Positions 26,060-33,013 of a DNA stretch of 33,013 nucleotides are shown here, piece after piece; the stretch's first letter is position 1; every line of letters starts with the position of its first letter. The DNA lies in assembly GCA_038148075.1 (NCBI GenBank), contig JAYQUR010000001.1, positions 1 to 33,013 of the forward strand. The letters are read 5' to 3'. A program made the translations under genes and the position numbers. Under the pieces are notes generated by a model. It did no database searches. It saw only the letters and a list, made by a program, of their open reading frames with translations, and was not told the origin of the DNA. Source of the DNA: Alphaproteobacteria bacterium. GTDB lineage: Bacteria; Pseudomonadota; Alphaproteobacteria; MPNO01; UBA830.

Positions 26060-27434
26060 ATTGCTCCCGATACTTACGCACAACGTGCAACGCGACGATG
26101 TTGACCGCGAGGGTGACGCAGAACAGCAGCAGGCCGAGGGCGAAGGCGGCGAGCGTCTTCGCGCTGTCGAATTCCTGGTCGCCGACAAGCAGCGTGACGA
26201 TCTGCACGGTTACCGTGGTGACCGCCTCGAACGGGTTGGCGGTCAGGTTGGCGGCGAGGCCGGCTGCCATGACGACGACCATCGTCTCGCCGATGGCGCG
26301 GCTGACGGCCAGCAGGAAGGCGGCGAATATTCCGGGCAGCGCCGCCGGCAGGATGACTTTCTTGATGGTTTCCGACTGCGTCGCGCCCAGCGCGTAGGAG
26401 CCGTCCCGCAGGCTTTGCGGTACGGCATTGATCACGTCGTCGGACAGCGACGAGATGACCGGAATGATCATGATTCCCATGACGAGGCCGGCTGCGAGGG
26501 CGCTTTCCGAGGCGACGTCGAGGCCGAGGGCCGTTCCGAGACCCCGGAGATAGGGCGCCACGGTAAGCGCCGCGAAAAATCCGTAAACCACCGTCGGGAT
26601 GCCGGCGAGAATTTCGAGAAGCGGCTTGGCGACGGCGCGCACGCGCGGCGTGGCGTAGTCCGAGAGGTAGATCGCGGAGAGAAGCCCGACCGGCACGGCG
26701 ACGATCATCGCAATCGCCGTGATGAGGAGCGTGCCGGCGAACAGCGGTATCGCGCCGAACGCGCCCGATGCGCCGACCTGGTCCTTGCGGAGCGCCGTCT
26801 GCGGACTCCACTCGGTTCCGAACAGGAATTCGAGGATCGACACCTTCTCGAAGAAGCGAATCGATTCGAAAATGAGGGAAAGAACGATGCCGACCGTCGT
26901 GACGATCGCGATCAGCGAGCACACGATCAGGAAAATGCGGGCCGCCGTCTCGACATGGTTTCGCGCGCGCAGGGCGGGCGAAATCCGGGCTCGGGCGTAG
27001 CTCGTGCCGGCGATCGCGACCGCGAGGGCGATCGCGAATATCGACGTGTTTCCGATCCACCGCAGATCGTTGAGCCGCGCCGCCGCCGCTGCTGCCGCAG
27101 GCGCCGCACGATCGGCGGGAATGTTGCCGTCCGCGATGTTGTAAATATCGTTGATCAGCAGGCCGAGCCGGTCCGGCGGAAGCGCGCCGAGCTCTTGCGG
27201 CAATTCGCCGACGACGATGCTCTCGACGATAAGGGGCTGGAAGGCGAACCAGGCGACGGCGACCAGCAGGGCGGGCACCGCGCACCACAACGCAATGTAA
27301 AACCCGTAATAGGACGGCCGCGAATGAAGCTCGCGCACCCGGCCGCCGACGATGGATTTCGAGCGCGCCTGCCCGAAAAGATAACCGAAGGTCGCCAGGC
27401 CGATTACCGCGATAATGAGAAAAGTCGGCGACAT
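26052..27434 (-). CDS. pstC: Phosphate ABC transporter permease PstC (long form)
   Basis: The start is the ATG at 27434 (MSPTFLIIAVIGLATF...). The core contains FGAIPLFAGTLLIT and the EAA-like motif LRDGSYALGATQSETIKKVILPAALPGI. Confidence 0.92.
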   Translation of the reverse strand: MSPTFLIIAVIGLATFGYLFGQARSKSIVGGRVRELHSRPSYYGFYIALWCAVPALLVAVAWFAFQPLIVESIVVGELPQELGALPPDRLGLLINDIYNIADGNIPADRAAPAAAAAAARLNDLRWIGNTSIFAIALAVAIAGTSYARARISPALRARNHVETAARIFLIVCSLIAIVTTVGIVLSLIFESIRFFEKVSILEFLFGTEWSPQTALRKDQVGASGAFGAIPLFAGTLLITAIAMIVAVPVGLLSAIYLSDYATPRVRAVAKPLLEILAGIPTVVYGFFAALTVAPYLRGLGTALGLDVASESALAAGLVMGIMIIPVISSLSDDVINAVPQSLRDGSYALGATQSETIKKVILPAALPGIFAAFLLAVSRAIGETMVVVMAAGLAANLTANPFEAVTTVTVQIVTLLVGDQEFDSAKTLAAFALGLLLFCVTLAVNIVALHVVRKYREQYD

Positions 27435-27580
27435 CTGTTGCTCTTTGTAATGGCGTCGCGCCCGTCGAGAGACCGGCTGCCCCGATTGTTGACGACCTGT
27501 CGCCGTGCCCGGCCTTCCCTGCGGTCCCGGCAACGCCCGTAACGTCTCCTCCCGCGATCCTATTGGCCACGGCGCGAAGA

Positions 27581-27613
27581 ATTTATGACGCTTGTATGAC
27601 AGTTATATGACGG
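27581..27613 (-). promoter_or_regulatory. Pho box: three tandem 11-bp PhoB-binding repeats upstream of pstC
   Basis: The minus strand reads CCGTCATATAA CTGTCATACAA GCGTCATAAAT. That is three direct repeats of the (C)TGTCAT heptad, each with a 4-bp A/T-rich spacer, matching the CTGTCAT-N4-CTGTCAT Pho-box consensus. They lie about 150-180 nt upstream of the pstC ATG and downstream of the phoR stop. Confidence 0.8.
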
Positions 27614-27652
27614 CGCGCGCCGAAAGCGCTGTTTTGCGGTGGATCTGCGGCT

Positions 27653-29074
27653 TTATCCGCGCGCGGCGGCGGCGAGAACGGTATCGAGCTTCAGCGGCAG
27701 AAAGATCGTGAACGTGCTGCCCTTTCCGAGGGCGGATTCTATCGTCAGCGCGCCGCGGTGGCGGCCGACGATATGCTTGACGATGGCAAGGCCGAGCCCG
27801 GTGCCGCCCATCTCGCGCGACCGCGCGGTATCGACGCGGTAGAAGCGCTCCGTCAGCCGCGGGATATGTTCGGCCGGGATGCCCGGCCCCTCGTCCGAGA
27901 TCGCGATTTCGATGTGCCGCGCGTCCGGCTTCATCGGTGCCGGCGCGGGACGGGTCCCTTCGGTCAGGACGATGTGGATCGTCGCGCCCGCGTTGCTGTA
28001 CTTGATGGCGTTTTCGATCAGGTTTCTGAAAAGCTGGGCGATCTCGCTTTCGTCGCCCTGGACGTCGTGGGCGCCGAGGCCCGGCTCGACGACGACCTCG
28101 ATGCCGCGTTCGGCAGCCGGGATTTCAAGCGCCGTGACGACGTTGGAAATCACCCGGGTAAGCTGCACGCGGTCCGCCGCCGGCGTGTTCTCGTTCAGCT
28201 CGATCCGCGACAACGAGAGAAGATCGTCGATCAGCTGGGTCATGCGGCTCGCATGCGCATCCATTATGCCGAGGAACTTCTCGCGGCCTTCCGGGTCGTC
28301 CCTGGCCGGTCCGCGCAGCGTTTGGACGCAGCCGCTCAGCACCGACAGCGGCGTCCGCAGCTCGTGGCTGGCGTTCGCGACGAAATCGGCGCGCATCTGG
28401 TGGACCTGTTTGATCTCGGTCACGTCGAACATCGCGATCACCGCAGCGGACCCGTCCGCCGCGGGCGACGGCAGTCGCTCGATCTGGGCGTTGAGCGCGC
28501 GGTCGGTAGGGAACTGGATGTCGAATTCGATCAGCTCGCGCGGCCCGCCCCCGAGCACGCGGTCGACGGCCTCGAGAACCCGAGGGTTGCGAAGGGCCGA
28601 GGACAGGTCGCGTCCCGGCGTCACCGCGCCCAGCAGGTCGCGCGCGCCGACCGTCGCGCGGACGATCTCGCGTTCCCCGTCGAGCAGAATCAGCGGATGG
28701 GGAAGGCCTTCCAGGATCGTCTCGGCCGAACTGGCCTGCGCGCCCAGGCGGCCGCGGTCGCGGCCCCACGCGTCCTGCAGGCGGGTGACAGCCTCGGTGA
28801 ACTCCGGGAACAGGCCGGTCATTTCCCGTGCCGGCAGCTCCGCCGAGCTGTCGCGCGCGAGGATTTCGGCGAACTGGAGGATACGATAGACGTCGCCGAG
28901 GCCGCGCCGCACCATCCACCCGAGGGCTGCGACGGAGACTGCGGCGGCCAGAATCGCGATGCCCCAGCCCAGTTTCCCCGTCGCCGCGAGCGCGCAGAAC
29001 ACCGCGACGGGCGGGAGCGACGCGAGAACGGTCAGCGTCAGAAATCGCTGGAAGGGGATTCGGGGTGTCGCCAT
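27653..29074 (-). CDS. phoR: Phosphate regulon sensor histidine kinase PhoR
   Basis: Two N-terminal TM segments and a PAS-like region are followed by the H-box FVANASHELRTPLSVL, the N-box FRNLIENAIKYS, and the G-boxes ISDEGPGI and GGTGLGLAIVKH. It lies next to pstCAB-phoU-phoB. Confidence 0.9.
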   Translation of the reverse strand: MATPRIPFQRFLTLTVLASLPPVAVFCALAATGKLGWGIAILAAAVSVAALGWMVRRGLGDVYRILQFAEILARDSSAELPAREMTGLFPEFTEAVTRLQDAWGRDRGRLGAQASSAETILEGLPHPLILLDGEREIVRATVGARDLLGAVTPGRDLSSALRNPRVLEAVDRVLGGGPRELIEFDIQFPTDRALNAQIERLPSPAADGSAAVIAMFDVTEIKQVHQMRADFVANASHELRTPLSVLSGCVQTLRGPARDDPEGREKFLGIMDAHASRMTQLIDDLLSLSRIELNENTPAADRVQLTRVISNVVTALEIPAAERGIEVVVEPGLGAHDVQGDESEIAQLFRNLIENAIKYSNAGATIHIVLTEGTRPAPAPMKPDARHIEIAISDEGPGIPAEHIPRLTERFYRVDTARSREMGGTGLGLAIVKHIVGRHRGALTIESALGKGSTFTIFLPLKLDTVLAAAARG

Positions 29075-29096
29075 GGTCCGTCCGGGCGGGGCCGGT

Positions 29097-31439
29097 TCAG
29101 CTCTTTCGTTTCGGGGCGGCAGGTTTCTTCGCGCGCGCGGTGCGGCGTTTTTCCTTTTCCTTTTCGCGGGCGGCCAGCACCAGCGAATCGTGCGCGGCGA
29201 TCGTCGCGAAGTTCACCATGTCGGCATCGTTGGCGCTGATCGGCACGATCTGGACCGACCGCGTCAGCCCGGTCAGCAGCGGGCCGATCACCGTCCCGCC
29301 GCCGAGCTGCTGGAGAATCTGCGACGAGATTGCCGCCGCATGAAGGCCCGGCATGATCAGGATATTGGCGGGCCCGGATAGCCGGCAGAACGGGTAGACG
29401 ACGCGCAGGTCCATGTCGAGGGCGACATCGGGCGACATCTCGCCGTCGTATTCGAAGTCCGCGCCCTCATCGTCGAGAATGCGCACCGCGTCGCGGACCT
29501 GGTTCGCCAGGGCGCCCGGAGGATTGCCGAAATTGGCATAGGACAGGAACGCGACCCTGGGCTCGTGGCCCATCGCGCGTGCCTTGTCGGCGCATTGCCG
29601 TGCGATGCGGGCGAGTTGTTCGCCGGTCGGGCGTTCGTGAATCGTGGTATCGGCGATGAAGACCGTGCGCCCGCGCGACATGACCATTGTCTGGCCGAAG
29701 ATCACCTGGCCCGGCGCCGGGTCGATCGCGCGGCGGACGTCGTCGAAGCAGACCGAATAGCTTCGCGACAGGCCGGTCACCATCGCGTCGATGTCGCCGT
29801 GGACCAGCATGCAGGCCGAGAACACATTGCGGTCCTGATGCACCAAGCGCTGGCAGTCGCGGTAGAGGTAGCCGTCGCGCTGGAGGCGCGTGTAGAGATA
29901 TTCGGTGTAGTGGCGGTTGCCCCGCGACAGCCGCGCATTGTGGATTTCGATATTCTCCGCGCCGGTCAGGCCGAGCCGCTTGATCGTCTCGCGGACCTGC
30001 TCCTCGCGGCCGATGAGGACCGGTGTTCCGAGTCCCGATTGCGCAAACGCGATGGCGGCGCGGATCGACGTTTCCTCCTCGCCTTCGGCGAAACCGACCC
30101 GGCGCGGGTTGGCCCGCACCTGCTCGTGGATCGCCTGCAGCATGGAGACGGTGGGGTCGAGCCGGGCAGAGAGCTGCACGCGGTACTGTGCGACGTCGGG
30201 CATATCCATGCCCGCAACGCCGGAATAGACGGCGGCCTGCGCCACCGCGGGCGGAATCGAGGAAATCAGCCGGGGGTCGAACGGTACCGGAATGATGTAT
30301 TCCGGCCCGTAGCGCAAACGCCGGCCCGAATAGGCCGCGGCGACCTCGTCCGGCACGTCCTCGCGCGCAAGCTCGGCAAGCGCGCGGGCCGCCGCTATCT
30401 TCATGTCATCGTTGATGGTCCGGGCGCGCACGTCGAGCGCGCCGCGGAAGATATAGGGAAAGCCGAGGACGTTGTTCACCTGGTTGGGATAGTCCGACCG
30501 GCCGGTCGCGAAGATAACATCCTTGCGGACCGCGCGCGCTTCCTCGGGGGTGATCTCCGGATCGGGGTTGGCCATGGCGAAGATGATCGGCTTGGCGGCC
30601 ATGGATTTCACCATGTCCTGCGTCACCGCGCCGGCGACCGACAGGCCGAAGAACGCGTCCGCGCCCTTCATCGCCTCTTCCAGTGTCCGTGCCTTGGTGT
30701 CGACGGCATGCGCCGACTTCCACTGGTTCATGCCGTCTTCGCGGCCCTGATAGATGACGCCGCGCGTGTCGCACAGGATGACGTTGTCGTGCTGCATGCC
30801 GAACGCCTTCAGCAGTTCGATGCAGGCGATGCCCGCGGACCCGGCGCCGTTGACGACCAGCGTCGTCGTCTTGATGTCGCGGCCCGACAGTTCCAGCGCG
30901 TTGATCAGGCCGGCGGCAGCGATGATCGCGGTACCGTGCTGATCGTCGTGGAAGATCGGGATGTCCATCAGTTCGCGCAGGCGGCTTTCGATGACGAAGC
31001 AGTCCGGCGCCTTGATGTCCTCGAGATTGATGCCGCCGAAGGACGGGCCGAGATAGCGGACGCAATTGACGAACTCGTCGACGTCTTCGGTGTCCAGTTC
31101 TAGGTCGATCGCGTCGACGTCGGCGAACCTTTTGAAAAGGACTGACTTGCCCTCCATCACCGGTTTCGAGGCGAGGCCGCCCAGATTTCCGAGGCCGAGT
31201 ACGGCGGTACCGTTCGAGATGACCGCGACCATGTTGCCCTTCGCGGTATAGTCGTAGGCGGTCGCGGGGTCGTCCGCGATCTCCAGGCAGGGAGCGGCGA
31301 CGCCCGGCGAGTAGGCGAGCGACAGGTCGCGCTGCGTCGTCAGCGGCTTGGTGGCGACGACCTCGACCTTGCCGGGCCGTCCCGCCCGGTGCATCGCGAG
31401 GGAATCCTTGTCGAGATCGCTATAGGTGCGCTTGGCCAT
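29097..31439 (-). CDS. maeB: NADP-dependent malic enzyme (MaeB type, malic enzyme plus PTA-like domain)
   Basis: Begins [47 protein letters not shown]. It continues [30 protein letters not shown] and the NAD(P) site [10 protein letters not shown], then a roughly 330-aa phosphotransacetylase-like C-terminal domain. The start is set at the ATG at 31439. Confidence 0.95.
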   Translation of the reverse strand: MAKRTYSDLDKDSLAMHRAGRPGKVEVVATKPLTTQRDLSLAYSPGVAAPCLEIADDPATAYDYTAKGNMVAVISNGTAVLGLGNLGGLASKPVMEGKSVLFKRFADVDAIDLELDTEDVDEFVNCVRYLGPSFGGINLEDIKAPDCFVIESRLRELMDIPIFHDDQHGTAIIAAAGLINALELSGRDIKTTTLVVNGAGSAGIACIELLKAFGMQHDNVILCDTRGVIYQGREDGMNQWKSAHAVDTKARTLEEAMKGADAFFGLSVAGAVTQDMVKSMAAKPIIFAMANPDPEITPEEARAVRKDVIFATGRSDYPNQVNNVLGFPYIFRGALDVRARTINDDMKIAAARALAELAREDVPDEVAAAYSGRRLRYGPEYIIPVPFDPRLISSIPPAVAQAAVYSGVAGMDMPDVAQYRVQLSARLDPTVSMLQAIHEQVRANPRRVGFAEGEEETSIRAAIAFAQSGLGTPVLIGREEQVRETIKRLGLTGAENIEIHNARLSRGNRHYTEYLYTRLQRDGYLYRDCQRLVHQDRNVFSACMLVHGDIDAMVTGLSRSYSVCFDDVRRAIDPAPGQVIFGQTMVMSRGRTVFIADTTIHERPTGEQLARIARQCADKARAMGHEPRVAFLSYANFGNPPGALANQVRDAVRILDDEGADFEYDGEMSPDVALDMDLRVVYPFCRLSGPANILIMPGLHAAAISSQILQQLGGGTVIGPLLTGLTRSVQIVPISANDADMVNFATIAAHDSLVLAAREKEKEKRRTARAKKPAAPKRKS

Positions 31440-31589
31440 GCCGGTCCCTGTTCGAACTGTTGATAAATTCAGGATAATGAGGAAACCGCGTCGCTCCAAC
31501 CGCTCAATGTTGAAGGTTTTTTGACGGCGCCGCCGCCGATTCGCGGCTAGCCGGTTCGAACGGTGCGGCCTCTATGATAGGCTGCCGGT

Positions 31590-33013
31590 GTGGCACAGGC
31601 GGCGGACATCGTGGCGGAAAAAGACACGCCGAAAGACGGCGACGCAACGGCGGCGGCTGCGCCGACGCCGATGATGGTCCAGTACCTGGAGATCAAGCGC
31701 GCGCATCCCGACGCCCTCCTGTTCTACCGGATGGGCGATTTCTACGAGATGTTCTTCGAGGACGCCGAAAGGGCGGCCGAGGCGCTCGACATCACGCTCA
31801 CAAAACGCGGCAAGCATCTGGGCGAGGACATCCCGATGTGCGGCGTCCCGGTGCACGCCGCCGAATCCTATCTTTCCCGCCTGATCAGAAAGGGCTTTCG
31901 CGTCGCGGTCTGCGAACAGACCGAGGATCCGGCCGAGGCTAAGAAGCGCGGGTCGAAATCGGTTGTCCGGCGCGAGGTGATCCGGGTTGTGACCCCCGGC
32001 ACGATCACCGAGGATGCGCTGCTGGATTCGCGCAGCCACAACTACCTCGCCGCCGTCGCGGATGCGGGCGGCGCGCTCGGCCTCGCCTGGCTCGACATGT
32101 CGACGGGCGAGTTCGCCGCCCAGCCGGTGGAGCCCGGCGGTCTCGCGGCGGCGCTGGCGCGGATCGCGCCGGGAGAGCTTCTCGCCCCCGATCGTCTCGT
32201 CGGCGCGCCCGACTTCGCTCCCGTGCTTGCGGAATTCGGGGACCGCCTTGTGCCGCTCCCGGGCAGCCGCTTCGACAGCGATGCGGCGCGCCGCCGGCTG
32301 GAGGAGATCTTCTCGGTCAGGGCGCTGGACGCGTTCGGCGATTTCGGCCGGGCCGAGCTGTCCGCATCGGGCGCGGTGGTCGGCTATGTCGAGCTCACCC
32401 AGAAAGGACGACTGCCGCGGCTCCAGCGGCCTCGGCGGATGGGCGCCGGCGCCGCGATGGCGATCGACGCGGCGACCCGGCGCAATCTCGAAATCGTCCA
32501 GACGCTGACCGGCGCGCGCGAAGGCTCGCTCCTCGCGGTGGTGGACCGGACGGTGACCGGCCCGGGCGGCCGGCTGCTTGCCGCGCGTATCGCTGCGCCG
32601 CTGACCGATGCTGCCGATATCCGCGCGCGCCACGACGCCGTCGCATACTTCGTCGATGCCGGACGCGTGCGGGACGACACCCGCTCCCGCCTGCGCGAGA
32701 CGCCCGATATGGAACGCGCCCTGTCGCGGCTGACGGTCGGGCGCGGCGGGCCGCGCGATCTCGCGGGCATCCGCGACGGGCTTGCCGCGGGGCGCGATCT
32801 GCGCGCGCGGCTGGACGGCTCGACTCCGCCGCTAGAAATCGCGGACGCCATCGAGGATCTCGGCGACCACGAGATGTTGATCGACCGGCTGGCGCAGGCG
32901 CTCGCGGACGAACTGCCGTTCGCGTCGCGCGACGGCGGTTTCATCCGCCCGGGCTATGCGCCGGCGCTCGACGAGCTGCGCACGCTGCGTGACGAGAGCC
33001 GCAAGCACATCGC
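31590..33013 (+). CDS. mutS: DNA mismatch repair protein MutS (3' end cut by the window edge)
   Basis: The frame is open to the end of the window and is not listed in the ORF track because no stop is reached. It translates ...[49 protein letters not shown]...[26 protein letters not shown], the MutS mismatch-binding domain with the GDFYE motif. Candidate starts are the GTG at 31590, the GTG at 31611 and the ATG at 31671. The conserved TPMM argues for one of the GTGs. Confidence 0.93.
   Translation, partial: MAQAADIVAEKDTPKDGDATAAAAPTPMMVQYLEIKRAHPDALLFYRMGDFYEMFFEDAERAAEALDITLTKRGKHLGEDIPMCGVPVHAAESYLSRLIRKGFRVAVCEQTEDPAEAKKRGSKSVVRREVIRVVTPGTITEDALLDSRSHNYLAAVADAGGALGLAWLDMSTGEFAAQPVEPGGLAAALARIAPGELLAPDRLVGAPDFAPVLAEFGDRLVPLPGSRFDSDAARRRLEEIFSVRALDAFGDFGRAELSASGAVVGYVELTQKGRLPRLQRPRRMGAGAAMAIDAATRRNLEIVQTLTGAREGSLLAVVDRTVTGPGGRLLAARIAAPLTDAADIRARHDAVAYFVDAGRVRDDTRSRLRETPDMERALSRLTVGRGGPRDLAGIRDGLAAGRDLRARLDGSTPPLEIADAIEDLGDHEMLIDRLAQALADELPFASRDGGFIRPGYAPALDELRTLRDESRKHI

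Noticed and set aside
23942-27570. Long ORFs 23942-26104 (+, 720 aa), 25989-27542 (+, 517 aa) and 26074-27570 (-, 498 aa) over pstB/pstA/pstC.
   Set aside because: They are antisense to or frame-shifted relative to the Pst transporter genes. The sequences are dominated by R, D, G and H with no domain signatures.
27758-32633. ORFs 27758-29239 (+), 29565-31103 (+) and 31572-32633 (-), opposite phoR, maeB and mutS.
   Set aside because: They are antisense to strongly supported genes, with low-complexity Arg-rich translations.
1-33013. Search for CRISPR repeats, tRNA/rRNA genes, IS or transposase/integrase genes, toxin-antitoxin pairs and defence-system-like genes.
   Set aside because: I saw no regularly spaced direct repeats, no cloverleaf-like or rRNA-like segments in the short intergenic regions, and no ORF with transposase, integrase, nuclease-NTPase or TA-type motifs. 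Every sizeable coding stretch is accounted for by the genes listed.

Overview
This window reads as a conserved, syntenic core-chromosome segment of a GC-rich alphaproteobacterium. I call 31 protein-coding genes, most of them recognisable housekeeping, envelope or transport functions. All family assignments come from reading motifs in the supplied translations; no database search was run.

Gene order:
- hslU (5' partial), then a membrane-anchored SGNH hydrolase.
- A long minus-strand string: Tim44-like, mltA, phytase-like secreted protein, lutABC, smr.
- fxsA, then an EI24/CysZ-like, bactofilin, lipoprotein operon.
- A PfkB-type adenosine kinase and typA/bipA.
- An SCP2-like plus alpha/beta-hydrolase pair.
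- Two tandem paralogous TRAP (DctP-type) solute-binding proteins with no membrane subunits, then a small cupin.
- ampG translationally coupled to a macro-domain protein.
- A large phosphate cluster: DUF47/PhoU-like plus PiT, convergent with phoR, Pho box, pstC-pstA-pstB-phoU-phoB.
- maeB and mutS (3' partial).

I saw no rRNA, tRNA, CRISPR array, IS element, integrase, prophage or defence-type gene, and I do not see a convincing novel multi-gene system.

The observations most worth a second look:
1. phoB is broken by a single-base frameshift although the rest of the Pho/Pst locus and a textbook triple Pho box are intact.
2. The pst operon has no pstS.
3. The two TRAP binding proteins are orphans, flanked by AT-rich palindromes.
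4. A bactofilin gene sits in an apparent operon with an uncharacterised lipoprotein and an EI24-like membrane protein.
5. A small ORF with a perfect Shine-Dalgarno sequence lies in the Tim44/fxsA divergent region.
6. ampG and the macro-domain gene share an ATGA start/stop overlap.

The many long Arg/Gly/Pro-rich ORFs on the opposite strand or in alternative frames are treated as GC-content artefacts.
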